A DNA stretch of 64,000 nt from Ranitomeya imitator (lineage: Eukaryota), in the NCBI RefSeq assembly GCF_032444005.1, contig NC_091284.1, positions 424,266,001 through 424,330,000 of the forward strand, given 5' to 3'. Under the pieces are notes generated by a model. That model saw only the letters and a list, made by a program, of their open reading frames with translations. It had not been told where the DNA came from and made no database searches. How positions within the stretch are numbered: the stretch's first letter is position 1; each line of letters opens with the position of its first letter. The position numbers and the translations under genes were made by a program. Shown piece by piece: positions 1 to 12,349 of the stretch.

Positions 1-93
1 TTTTTTTTTCAAAACAAGCCCATACATTGTTACAAAGCATCTGCATGGTGGCATCCCTTCATGTTGTCTCACAGTGGAAATCTCTGCTCCTAA

Positions 94-513
94 GGCTTCT
101 TTCACATTTCCGTTGGTAGTCGGCCATCACAAAGCGTCGGCGCGACGTACCGATGGACGTTTGGGAAATAGTGGATAACGTGTGCAACGGATGCAGTGAT
201 TCAACGGGTCCGCTGTCCGGAAAGGTAAAATTAAAAATCCCAGGGAGGAGAGAGAGAGAGATTTCCTGCCGGGCATGCTCAGTAGGAAACAAAGGATCCA
301 ACGTACAGAAAAACGTTCCCTTGAATGTTTTTAGCAGACAACGGTCCGCCAAAATGCACAGGATCCAGTGCACGACGGACATAACGTGTGCCCATACATC
401 GCTAATACAAGTCAATGGGAAAAAACAGGATCCTGCATACAAATTTGCAGGATCCTATTTTTTCACAAACCGACGTATTTCGACGTGTGGAAAAAGATGG
501 AAGTGTGAAAGAA
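94..513. mobile_element. Harbinger-type MITE with a degraded right end
   Basis: Starts TAA-GGCTTCTTTCACATTTCCG. ATGGAAGTGTGAAAGAA at 497-513 is its inverted counterpart. Confidence 0.5.
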
Positions 514-739
514 TATGGTTACAACAAAAGTGACTCAAATAATGACTTATGAAAAAAAAAATGCCATCCATACTGACGTGATAAAGCTGTTTCTGTAAAC
601 CTGGTAGCTTTGGGTGGGTCGATTTTATTGATAGTAACTGTATTAATCTTCACCCCTAACTTTGAGCTTTTACACCATTATCATTTGTATGCAGATTTTC
701 CAACTCCAAGCTGCATAAACTTTAATACTTAATGGGTGA

Positions 740-1325
740 AGCAGATCAGGTGATGTGTATTTGTGTAATGAGGGAAAATGAGGCTACAATACCCTTTTAT
801 CGAGGTCTACAGAATTATTAGGCAGTTTGATTTCCGAAGGTAAAATGGGCAAAAAAACAGATTAAGACGTTTTTAACATATTTTTTTACTTTTCAGAGGA
901 AACGGCACTCTTAAAATTGCTAAGATATTGGCGTGTGGTCATAGAACCATCAAAAGTTTTGCTGCAAATAGTCGACTCAAGGGTGGCACTAAACATGTTG
1001 GGAAAAAAAAGACACCCATTAACTGCCAAAGCTTTGAGAAGAATCAAACATGAAGCAATCAGGAATCCATTATCCTCCAGTGCTGTCATATTCCAGAACT
1101 GCAACCTCCCTGGATTGTCCAGAAGTAAGAGGTGTTCAGTGCTCAGATACACGGCCGAGGTAAGTTAAGCTGAAACCTCAACCTCACTAAACAAGACACA
1201 TACTGATATGTCAAGACTGAGCAAAGAAATATCTGAAGACAAATTTTTCAAAGTTTTGATGGACTGATGAGATGAGAGTGACTCTTGACAAACCATATGG
1301 ATGGTCCCGTGGCTGGATCAGTAAA
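740..1325 (+). pseudogene. Degenerate Tc1/mariner transposase fragment (N-terminal half)
   Basis: ORF 917-1168 (LTAKALRRIKHEAIRNPLSSSAVIFQNCNLPG) and downstream GTTTTGATGGACTGATGAGATGAGAGTG (VLWTDE-like, frameshifted). Confidence 0.75.
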
Positions 1326-4300
1326 GTGTATAGACCTCCACTTAGACTCATGCGTCAGCAAGGTGCAGGTTATGTACTGCTATTGGCTGGTGTTATTAAA
1401 AGACTGGACAGATGAACTACTAAATACCAATAAAACATGTATTTATATCAGTTATGAAAGGACAGAACTCAAAAGCAGCTAACATTACAAATTCTTTCAC
1501 ACCAAAGCCAACATTGCTAATTCCCTGTCTGGTCAACCAAGCAAAGAATAGTAAATAAATTGCCAAGACATTTATAGCATCCTTATATTTTATGATGGCA
1601 ATGCACCTTAACATAAAACACTCCCATGCTTGTACTGGTCTGCTCTGCAGTTCCTTAGAAGTCTTGCTTCCTTGGCTGCTAGTTACATTCATTTGGCTGG
1701 CTGTGGCTATGTGTCACTGTTATTCTTATGACTTATGTTTTAGATCCCTGTGTAAAATCTATACAATAACATTTTCTGGACATGATCTTCACAAGAATTT
1801 AATTGCTTCAGATGGTAGTTTTTTTCTTTTCTGTTGAATCCTGCTGCTTAGCAGATGGTGATAAAAGTTAGGAATATATCTCTCTTTTTTACAGCAATCT
1901 TGAATGTAATTAGAGCTCTTCATTATGCCTTTTGTTCAGTAATCCATTATAAACCAAGACATGTGTGAGCTAGTACAATAATATATCTTTTGGCACTGCA
2001 GAATAGGTGAAGGGTGAAGTAAGCAGTCCTTAAAGGGGTTCGCCTGACCTTTTATATTAATGACCTATCCTTAGGGCTTGTGCACATGTCCGTATTTTTA
2101 GTCCAAGTGCGATCCAACAAAACATGGGTTCCACTTGGACCAATGTAGTTGTGCACATGCTTGATTTTATGCATGCCTGAGTTGGATGCAATTTTCCGCT
2201 TGCACTCGGTCATGCAAGTCAATGAGTCCGTGAAAAACATCGGACTGCACTCGGATGACAGTGCAATTTGATTTTCACAAACTGATAAAACTGAGAAATT
2301 GTTTTTTTCCATCATTTCCTCATCCGAGAAAAATCGGATCACACACTGATCAGAAATCTCTGAAATACGCGATTCAGACGGAACCCCCAGCTGAAGATTT
2401 ACTATAATGAGGTGGATGGAGACACTGTGGATACGGTCTGGCCTATGATCCAGCGGAGTCCATCTTTTTAAGCGTGCAAAAAAGAATGGTCGACCGCATT
2501 TTTGTGCATCTCTGAAAAGAAGGACACTGCTGAAAAGAGCCCACAAGGAGTAGAAAGTAACTCTGCTGCCTCATTATAGTAAATTGATCTTTCAGGATAT
2601 TCACCTGAATCATGCCATTTGGAGATTTAGATGAAAACCACAATGTAAGTGCTCATGGTAGAGTGCAGGATAAATGTGATGCAGAATGTTAAGTAAAATG
2701 TTGCCAATAAAAGCTTCAACTCAATCCACAAAAACAATCAAGTCCCCACTCAGGTCTGTCATCCGTCAATGGAAATATAGGGGGCGTTCATGTTACCGGT
2801 AGCACAAATGTTCTGGAAAAGTGATATGGCTCCTCCCCCAAAAAAGAAATCCTGAGAATTCTGCACTCTAAAATCCAAATGCCCCTCTCCCTTCCAAACT
2901 CCACAGTGTGCCTAAACTGCAGTTATCATCCAAGTTTGACATTTCTATAGGAATGACAGCCCGCTTAATTTACAGGATCCATGTCTCCAGAAGCATGAGC
3001 TGGGCACAATATACAGTGGGTGCGAAAAGTATTCAGACATCTTTAAACTTTTCACTCTTTGTTTCATTGCAGCCATTTGGTAAATTCAAAAAAGTTCATT
3101 TTTTTCTCATTAATGTACACTTTGCACTCCATCTTGACTGAAAAAAAAACAGAAATGTAGACATTTTTGCAAATTTATTAAAAAAGAAAAACTGAAATAT
3201 CACATGGTCATAAGTATTCAGACCCTTTGCTCAGTATTGAGTAGAAGCACCCTTTTGAGCTAGTACAGCCATGAGTCTTCTTAGGAATGATGCAACAAGT
3301 TTTTCACACCTGGATTTGGGAATCCTCTCCCATTCTTCCTTGCAGATCCTCTTCAGTTCCGTCAGGTTGGGTGGTGAACTTTGGTGGCAGCTATTTTCAG
3401 GTCTCTCCAGAGATGCTCAATTGGGTTTAGGTCAGGGCTCTGGCTGGGCCAGTCAAGAATTGTCACAGAGTTGTTCTGAAGCAATTCCTTCATTATTTTA
3501 GCTGTGTGCTTAGGGTCATTGTCTTGTTAGAAGGTGAACCGTCGGCCAAGTCTGAGGTCCAGGCGACTCTGGAAGAGGTTTTCATATAGGATATACTGTA
3601 CTTGGCCGCACTCATGTTTTCTTCAATGGGAACCAGTCGTCCTGTCCCTGCAGCTGAAAAACACCCCCATAGCATGATGCTGCCACTACCATGTTTCACT
3701 GTTGGGATTGTACTGGGCAGGTGATGAGCAGTGCCTGGTTTTCTCCACACATACAGCTTTGAATTATCACCATAAAGGTCAATCCTCGTCTCATCAAACC
3801 AGAGAATCTTATTTCTCATAGTTTGGGAGTCCTTCATGTGTTTTTCTAGCAAACTCTATGCAGGCTTACATATGTCTTGCACTGTGGAGAGGGTTCCGTC
3901 GGGCCACTCTGCCATAAAGGCCCAAATGGTGGAGGACTGCAGTGATAGTTGACTTTGTAGAACTTTCTGTCATCTCCCTACTGCATCTCTGGAGCTCAGC
4001 CACAGTGATCTTGGGGTTCTTCTTTACCTCTCTCACAAGGCTCTTCTCCCAAGATTGCTCAGTTTGGCTGGACGGCCAGGTCTAGGGAGACTTCTGGTGG
4101 TCCCAAACTTCTTCCATTTAAGGATTATGGAGGCCACTGTGCTCTTAGGAACCTTGAGTACTGCAGAAATTCTGTTGTAACCATGGCCAGATCAGTGCCT
4201 TGCCACAATTCTGTCTCTGAGCTCCTTGGACAGTTCCTTTGACCTCATGATTCTCATTTGATCTGACATGCACTGTGAGCTGTGAGGTCTTATATTGACA

Positions 4301-4774
4301 GGTGTGTGCCTTTCCAAATCAAGTCCTATCAGTTTAATTAAACACAGTTGGACTCCAATGAAGGAGTAGAACCATCTCAAGGAGGAACACAAGGAAATGG
4401 ACAGCATGTGACTTAAATATAAGTGTCTGAGCAAAGGGTCTGAATACTTATGACCATGTGATATTTCCGCTTTTCGTTTTTAATAAATATTCAAAAATTT
4501 CTACATTTCTGTTTTTTTCAGTCAAGATGGGGTGCAGAGTGTACATTAATGAGAAAAAATAGAATTATTCTTACCGTTAATTCGGTTTCTAGGAACCTTC
4601 CACGACGGCATATGGAGGTTGTCTCTTTGCCCTAATGGGGAACAGGGAACACAAGAGAGGTTAAAAGCACCTCCCACCTTCCACTCACCAGTGACTTATA
4701 ACTGAAACCCTAGCACTGGTTTACCTTCTGAGTCCCAGAATCAATCCAGGAAGTATAGAGGGTGGGAAATTAGC

Positions 4775-4860
4775 GCCGTCGTGGAAGGTTCCTAGAAACC
4801 GAATTAACGGTAAGAATAATTCTATTTTCTCTAGTCACCTTCCACGACGGCATATGGAGG
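4775..4860. repeat. DIRS internal complementary region (copy of the joined element ends)
   Basis: The first half is the reverse complement of 4556-4609. The second half is the reverse complement of ~7392-7428. Confidence 0.9.
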
Positions 4861-4948
4861 AATACCAACTAATTGGCACTAGGGAGGGACAACGGCCTGA
4901 AGAACCTTGCGGCCGAAGACTAAATCTCTATTGGATAATACATCCAAC

Positions 4949-6814
4949 CTATAATGTTTGGAGAAGGTATGGAGTGACGACCATGTAGCTGCCCTGCAGA
5001 TCTGCTCTGGAGATGCGCCTGCTCTCTGCCCAGGAGACCGACGTAGATCTAGTTGAGTGGGCCTTGATTCCTACCGGAGGTAGTTTATTTTGAGCAAGGT
5101 AAGATTCTGTTATGGCTTTTTTAATCCATGTAGCAATGGTACTCTTGGCTACCTTCTTCCCCTTATTTTGTCCTGAGGAGTGGACAAAAAGGTTGTGATC
5201 AACTCTAAGAGCACGGGTTTGATCCAAGTAATGTAGCAGGATACGTCTAACATCGAGAGTATTACATTTTCTTTCCTCAGAGTTTGCAGGATTATTGCAA
5301 AAGGTTGGTAGCACTATCTCTTGAGAACGATGGAATTCAGAGACCACTTTTGGGAGGAAAGAGGGATCAAGACGGAGTATTATTGAATCTTCTCTAACCA
5401 GTAGATAAGGTTCTCTTATAGACAAGGCCTGTAATTCACCCACTCTTCTAGCTGAAGTTATAGCTACCAAGAAAACAGTTTTGTAGGCGAGATTTTGTGG
5501 GGAACAGGTAGACAAAGGTTCAAACGGTGGACCTGTAAGGCCTTGAAGCACAATATTGAGATCCCATGGAGGAACTATAACTTGCTTCCTAGGGTTTATT
5601 CTGTTTGCTGAGGTCATGAACCTTTTAATCCAGCGATGTCCTGCTAGATCTTGATCAAAGATGGAACTGAGCGCAGAGACCTGGACCTTCAGAGTACTGG
5701 GTTTCAGACCAATTTCTAGGCCTCTTTGTAAAAAGTCTAATATCTTAGGTATATCTGGCCTGAGAGGGTCTGGAGGGTTAGGCAGACAAAAAGATGAAAA
5801 TTTTTTCCAGATTTTATTATAAATAGCATTTGTTACCGGTTTTCTGGATTTTTGTAGAGTAGCTATAACAGGGTTTGATGACCCTTTCGCTCTCAGCACA
5901 TTGGCTTCAGAAACCACGCCGCTAAATTCCACCTCTGAAGGTCCGAGTGAAGAACTGGGCCCTGAGAAAGGAGATTGACCTTTATCGGTAACATTACCGG
6001 TCCGTCCACCTGTAGTTGGATAATCAGGTTGAACCAACTTCTCTTGGGCCAAAATGGAGCAACCAAAATAGTTGGAGTCTTTTCTATCCGAATTTTTCGT
6101 AGCACCTTTGCAAGAATCGGGATGGGCGGAAATGCATAAGCCAGATGAAAGTGCCAATCTTGAACTAAGGCGTCTACTGCTCTGGGATTTCCTCTTGGAT
6201 CCAGGGAAAAAAATGTTTCTACTTTCGCATTTAGGTGAGAAGCAAAGAGGTCGACCTCCGGGAGACCCCATCTGTTTACCAGTAAGTTGAATGTTTGCTG
6301 ATCCAGACTCCAGGTCCTCAATATAATCCGAGGAGAAGAGGTATTTCCTGACCTCAGCCTTAGGGGATGCTGGATCTTCCCAGCCAGCAGATGAAGAAAA
6401 AGAGTGGTCTGAATTCGAATCAGATTCTACGACCTGAATCTTCCTCTTCTTAGCTGGGGAATGTGGTGGCGGAGGCGGGGGTGGAGGTGTGAAGGCTGCT
6501 AAGGAAGATTGTACCTCCTGTTTAACAAGAGAGCGTATCTCATCTAGAAGGGATGGTTGCTCGGCTTTTACTATCCTGTCAGTGCATGACTGACAGAGTT
6601 TTTTATCCCAGGTAGGAGGGAGCTTTGCAGAACAGACCGGACACTTCTTCCTAATAGTAGCTCTAGGGGCAGACTTTTCTCCCTGAAACAGAGAGGGAGA
6701 GAAGAATGAGGAGCTACCCCTAAGTAAACTACCTCCCGGATCCAGTCCCTGCATACTCACAGAAGCAGGGGCAGCGCTGGGCTCTGCAGATGCAGGGCAC
6801 AAAGAACCATCCAT
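4949..6814 (-). pseudogene. Chimeric DIRS ORF: gag-like N-terminus (CxxC...CxxC, poly-Pro) fused to the tyrosine recombinase, frameshifted near the C-terminus
   Basis: 621-aa ORF. The fusion junction is at ~6312. After SWAE the native-looking tail (RAGASPEQICRAATWSSLHTFSKHYRLD...VVPP*) continues in another frame to a TAG at 4879-4881. Confidence 0.85.
5893..6321 (-). pseudogene. Overlapping-frame remnant of the DIRS pol C-terminus (RNase H end / methyltransferase-like domain)
   Basis: DLFAS...AYAFPPIP...LVAPFWPKRSWF motifs typical of the DIRS pol C-terminus, overlapping the YR frame. Confidence 0.8.
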
Positions 6815-7514
6815 ACTGAAGAGATTATAGTCTTACCTTCAGTGGTGATTCAGCAGGCTTTTATGGAGTAGGTCTCCTAGCACCTGCCTCCAGCGATAGG
6901 ATTTCCCCTCCTCCTCCTCCAGGATCCACGTGTGGGACGCCATAGCACCGACACCGCCGCCGGCGAAACCCGGAAGTGCCGGCTTCAGGGAGATACGAAA
7001 ACCGGAAGTGACGCGCGCGCGACCGCTGACGTCACTTCCGGCACGCCGAACCGAGCAGCATGGAGGGAGGAAGCCGGGAAGCTCAGAGAGGATCCCGGCT
7101 GGGGATCCCGGCCTGCTTTACCCTCGCGGGGGCGCAGGAAGGCCGGGAAGGGTCCTGAGGTACCTGACAAGCAGGACGACGGGAGCAGCACACGGAGAGG
7201 CATGAGGCGACCCCAGCTGCCCGGCTGAAAACAGGTAAGACCTGAAAGAATGACTGTAGTCACCGGCCACTACAGCATATGGGAACCTCTCCCTGTCCCA
7301 TGGGGAACAGGAAAGACACTGGTGAGTGGGAGGTGGGAGGTGCTTTTAACCTCTCTTGTGTTTCCTGTTCCCCATTAGGGCAAAGAGACAACCTCCATAT
7401 CCCGTCGTGGAAGGTGACTAGAGAAAAAGAACTTTTTTCAATTTATCAAATTGATGAAATGAAACAAAGAGTGAAAAATTTAAAAAGGTCTGAATACTTT
7501 CCGTACCCACTGTA

Positions 7515-8225
7515 TCGGCCCTACAATGTGAGATTTGCAATTTTCACTCACAACATTCACTGCTGCTTGTTTCTGGCAAACACCCATGGAGTCAAGATCA
7601 TCACTACACTTGAGGGTTTGATTCTACTCTTTTGGCACTTAGGAGCTCTGTATAAAGAGTCCGCAAACTATTTGATGATAATTTGATCTCCAAGAGTCAA
7701 ATAGCCCCTTCCCTCCCGAGTCTCGCCGTGTGGCTAAGCAGTTCTGTACAGCCCCACATGGGGTATTGCCATGTTCAGCAGAAGATGTGTGACAAATTTT
7801 GGTGCCATTTTCCCATTTTCCCAGAGTAAATGTAAAACAATGTAAAATCAGGGGCTAAAGTAACATTTTTGTGCTAAAAATGTCGGCAGAGCCCAGGACA
7901 CGCACGCAGCTCAGCTGGGCACCGATGACACCCGTAGCAATGGCCAGCAACCGCCAGGCACCCGGAGACACCTGGCAGTAGCACAAGATCTCCGCAGCAG
8001 CGCGCCAGACATCGGTGCCCCCATTCATCCCTGCCTGCGTCCTGGAGCATCACCTGGAGCATTTACCACTAAAATCAAGTATAATTTGTCATGAAAAAAC
8101 AAACTCCGAATCACTGGGATTCGTTGAAGAGTTCCAGAATTATTACCACATAAAGTAACACTGGTCAGAATTGTAAAATTTTGCCTGGTCAGGAGGGTGA
8201 AAACAGGGATCAGGACAAAGGGTTT
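7515..8225. mobile_element. Degenerate piggyBac-type non-autonomous element end (probable host of the Tc1; its other part is likely at ~2570-3013)
   Basis: ~8100-8225 resembles the reverse complement of the element end at 60602 onward and finishes AAAGGGTTTAA. Confidence 0.45.
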
Positions 8226-9015
8226 AAAGGAGTTCTTCCACAAAAAAAAAAACCTTTTTTCACAATGTCTATCCACCCTACTAATTTTCAAGGTAATTTC
8301 TCTGAGTATTTACTTCCTGAGAAAAAAGGTTCTTGTTATGTACTACTATATATTTTAATATTTGCTACTCTTGCTAGTTTTCTGACCATCATCTTCTATC
8401 TGCAGCCTGCGCTGACCATCTTGCCTCTACCTGTGATGAAAGAACTTATTCAACCCAGACCTACTGCCAGTTAGACAATACCTTCTGCTTTCATACATCA
8501 TTTCACATCTCATCCTCTAGTAATAGACACTATTCCAGAAAATCAACTTGTGGATTCCCTTAGATTCGGACTTTAAGTTTAGCTCACAACCAAAACTGAA
8601 GTAACAAGAAGAATTTAAACCTCAGGTAGGACTTGTGTCAAGCAATTATAATTTTTAGATGTTTTTACACCAAAAAAAATTATATAAACCAATTTTTTCT
8701 ATCCTAATTATTTTTGTAGTGTTTTAAAAGTCTACTATTTATGAATTACATATATTGAAAAACGTTCTGAAAAATGTCAGGGGTGAATAGCTATAATAAC
8801 ATTTCTGTGAAAATATGAAAATAACAGTAATCATACAAATATTGCTATAACATCCCGCCATAGGACAAAATGTCAGCCAGTAATTTGAAACCATCTCCAC
8901 TGATATTATTGATGTCAAATTTATGAGGTAGGCAGTCAAACTAATGAATTAAGAGAAATATATAAAAATTAATCTATATGTCTCAGAGATTTGATTGTAA
9001 ACAAAAATTTGTTAA

Positions 9016-9408
9016 GGGTATGTGCACACGATGCAGATTTAGTGCAGAACTGCAGCAGATTTTTCTGCAGCAGAAACGCTGCAGAACTGCACTGTGATCA
9101 CAGTACAATGTAAATCAATGTGAAAAAAAAAAGCTGTGCACATGGTGCAGAAAAATCTGCGCAGAAACGCTGCAGATTTCAAAGAAGTGCCTGTCACTTC
9201 TTTTGTGCAGTTCTGCAGCGTTTCTGCACCCCTCCATAATAGAAATCTGCAGGTGCGTTTTTGATGCGTTTTTTATGCAGATTTGTGCTAAAAAAACGCA
9301 TCAAAAACGCATAAAAAACGCACCTGCAGATTCTGCCAGGAGATGCAGATTTAGTGCAGAACTGCAGCAGATTTTTCTGCACCAAATCTGCATCGTGTGC
9401 ACACAGCC
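9016..9408. mobile_element. Harbinger-type MITE
   Basis: TAA|GGGTATGTGCACACGATGCAG...CTGCATCGTGTGCACACAGCC|TAA, with a 3-bp TAA duplication. Confidence 0.8.
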
Positions 9409-9624
9409 TAAGAGAAGTTCTGGCAGATACAACACCAGCTGGTTCTGCTGGTGGATTTTAGCTCTGAACCTAGCAGAATTGTGAATACAGCTCTGGATTA
9501 CAATGTCAGCAATAATTCAGGACCTTTCTGAGATGCAAAGGTAAAATAATTTATGGCGTTGGTTAAATTGAGTAAGTTTAGTAACTAGATTCACAGGCAA
9601 AATCTACCAGCATGACCAATTAGT

Positions 9625-10407
9625 AGCCACAAGAATCTCACTGACATATTCCCGTCAGTAGGGAGGGCACAAAGTAGCCCAAAAAGCGCCAAGAGTATAC
9701 CCACTCAAAGTCACATACTCAAACAGGAGAAAAATACGAGCTCTACTGGGTATATATATAAAATATAACAAAGTTTATTTGGAAATACACAAAATATACA
9801 TATAATAATGTAGGAAGGGCATATAAAAACAACACATGTGCAGAGGATAACACACCAGGGTCGCCAGGACCCGCCGAAACCCTAGTCCATATGTGCCCCA
9901 CAGTAATCAACTCCTAAAGTGCATGTGCAAAAGGATAATGGGACACTAGTAAGTGTACCTGCCGGGTAAAGTATGGAGCAACCCTCCCCAAAGAAACTAT
10001 AAGTAAATCCCCATAGTGGAGGCTTTTTCCACACACCCAGCCCAGGACCCGTCCACCCCAGCCAACGGTAAGCACCTGCCGACCCCCTGAGATCATTACT
10101 ACCCCACTATGGGGATTTACTTATAGTTTCTTTGGGGAGGGTTGCTCCATACTTTACCCGGCAGGTACACTTACTAGTGTCCCATTATCCTTTTGCACAT
10201 GCACTTTAGGAGTTGATTACTGTGGGGCACATATGGACTAGGGTTTCGGCGGGTCCTGTCGACCCTGGTGTGTTATCCTCTGCACATGTGTTGTTTTTAT
10301 ATGCTCTTCCTACATTATTATATGTATATTTTGTGTATTTCCAAATAAACTTTGTTATATTTTATATATATACCCAGTAGAGCTTGTATTTTTCTCCTGT
10401 TTGAGTA
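9625..10407. mobile_element. Fold-back insertion (304-bp inverted arms, 84-bp loop, 91-bp one-sided tail) with a 14-bp target duplication; Penelope-like architecture
   Basis: Arms at 9716-10019 and 10104-10407 with about 3 mismatches seen. CATGACCAATTAGT occurs at 9611-9624 and 10408-10421. Confidence 0.75.
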
Positions 10408-10508
10408 CATGACCAATTAGTGTAGTATTTCCACAGCACTTCATGGATTATTATTTATCTCTCTATTGTAAATTAAGCTGCATTTATGTTGAAAAATCAT
10501 TGTAAACA

Positions 10509-10973
10509 AGGGGGTTGTCCACTACTAGGATGAACCCTTTGTGATCTAAATGTATGACCCCGATAAAATAAAAAAACTTACACTCACCTGCCGTGCTGGT
10601 GCCGTTCCAGCGGTGTCGGCACTTGCGGTTCCGGGGCTCTCGTGCTGTTGTAAGACACGTGGTGCATGGTGCCCAATCAGCGCTGGCATTACTGTCACTG
10701 CCTTCTGTCGAAATGAACATAAAGAGGAAGCCAGCGATCAGCTGCAGTCAGACTTACTCTTCATGTTCAATTTGTACAAAGGCGGGGACAATGAAGCTGT
10801 TGCTGATTGGGCACCGAGCTCACGTTTCATAAAACCGCACAAGAGCCCCAGGGAGAGCGAGTGCCAACAACGCTGGAACAGAGCCGGCAAGGGAGGCAAG
10901 TATAAGCTTTTTTATTTTATCAGGGCCAGACATTTAGATCAAGAAGGGATTGTCCTAGTAGTGGACAACCTCT
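10509..10973. mobile_element. Kolobok/T2-type MITE
   Basis: GGGGGTTGTCCACTACT...AGTAGTGGACAACCTCT|TTAA. Confidence 0.7.
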
Positions 10974-11200
10974 TTAAGAGCACTTGCTTCATTATAATCT
11001 TTCACTGTAAAACAGTCTACTGATCACCCGATGATCGAGCAAAATGATCATTAATCAGGTAAAGTTATCTGTTGTGCAGCATAAAAGATAACAATGCCGT
11101 CAACAATGGCAGCCTATGAACACTGAACAATATACTAGGGAGAACGGGACATACAGTGTGCATCGTTTACCACAGTCTGCCTGTGTAAACAGGTTATTAA

Positions 11201-12349
11201 CCCCTTACTGAAATTGGACATACTAGTACGCCGATTTCAGTATTCCTCGCTTTGATGTGGGCTCCGGCGGTGAGCCCATCTCAAAGCCAGGACATGTCAG
11301 CTGTTTTGAACAGCTAGCATGTGCCCGTAATAGGCGCAGGTGGAATCGTGATCGGGGGTCACGTGATCGGGGGTCATCGGTTCATCGGCATCGACAACCT
11401 GAGGTCTCCTTGAGACCCCTATGGTTGTCAGTGCCGAATTGCTGTGAGCACTACCCAGTGGTCGGAGCTCATAGCAACTCAACAATTCTACTACATAGAG
11501 GCGATCTGACCATCACCTCTATGTAGCAGAGCCAATTGAGTTGTGCCAGCTTCTAGTCTCCTATGGAGACTATTAAAGCATGGCAAAAGTAAAAAAAAAA
11601 AAAGTTTAAAAATATAAAAAATATAAAAGTTCAAATCACCCCCCTTTCGCCCCCATTCAAAATAAAACAATAAAAATAAAATCAATCAAACTTTTTTGGG
11701 ATCAGCGCATTCAGAATCACGATCTATCAACAAAAAAAAAGCATTTACCTGATCGCTAAACGGCGTAGTGAGAAAAAGTCAAAACACCAGAATTAAGTTT
11801 CTTTGGTCGCAGCGACATTGCATTAAATGCAATAACGGGCGATCAAAAGATCGCATCTGCACCAAAATGGTATCATTAAAAACTCAGCACGCAAAAAATA
11901 AGCCCTCACCCAACCCGAAATCACAAAAAATGGAGACGTATCGGAAAATTTATTTTTTTATTCTTTTTTTATTTAGCAAAGTTTTGAATTTTGTTTTCAC
12001 CACTTAGATAAAAAAAGAACCTAGACATTTTTGGTGTCTATGAACTCATAATGACCTGGAGAATCATAATGGCAGGTCAGTTTTACCATTTATTGAACCT
12101 ACCAAAAAAGCCAAACAAAAAACAAGTGTGGGATTGCACTTTTTTTGAAATTTCACCGCACTTGAAAATTTATTCCTGTTTTCTAGTAGAAGACATGGTA
12201 AAACCAATGATGTCGTTCAAAAGTACAACTCGTCCCACAAAAAATAAGCCCTCACATGGCCATATTGATGGAAAAATAAAAAAGTTATGGCTCTGGGAAG
12301 GAGGGGAGTGAAAAACGCAAAACCGAAAAAAGCTCCAGTCATGAAGGGG
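11201..12349. mobile_element. piggyBac-type non-autonomous element
   Basis: TTAA|CCCCTT...AAGGGG|TTAA termini; no transposase. Confidence 0.75.

Larger units (their letters stand above)
4556..7428 (-). mobile_element. DIRS1-type tyrosine-recombinase retrotransposon, internally deleted (no RT)
   Basis: Inverted terminal repeats (~4596-4680 versus ~7328-7415), an internal complementary region at 4775-4860, and a YR ORF carrying SARRVGELQAL and HSTRS motifs. Confidence 0.93.
3014..7512 (-). mobile_element. Tc1 DNA transposon (degenerate transposase), with its right TIR split by a DIRS insertion
   Basis: TA|CAGTGGG...CCCACTG|TA. The long TIR at 3014-~3240 is mirrored by ~4432-4559 plus 7429-7512. 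ORF 3493-3852 gives LWFDETRIDL...[15 protein letters not shown]. Confidence 0.9.

Noticed and set aside
6815-6835. GTAAG...CTTCAG segment just before the DIRS gag ATG as an intron
   Set aside because: At 21 nt it is too short for a spliceosomal intron. The sites might pair with more distant partners, but nothing here shows this.
6930-7263. Three ~90-aa ORFs in the DIRS leader
   Set aside because: GC-rich non-coding leader; open in several frames and low in complexity.
8396-8430. Strong-looking minus-strand acceptor (ttctttcatcacag|GTAGAGG) as the next BCAS3 exon
   Set aside because: In the required phase it reads SRGKMVSAGCR then stop, does not resemble BCAS3, and has no good donor. At most a cryptic site.
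9716-10407. Hammerhead ribozyme expected in Penelope-like repeats
   Set aside because: I found no CTGANGA core paired with GAAA in either arm by eye, so none is claimed. A covariance-model search would be decisive.
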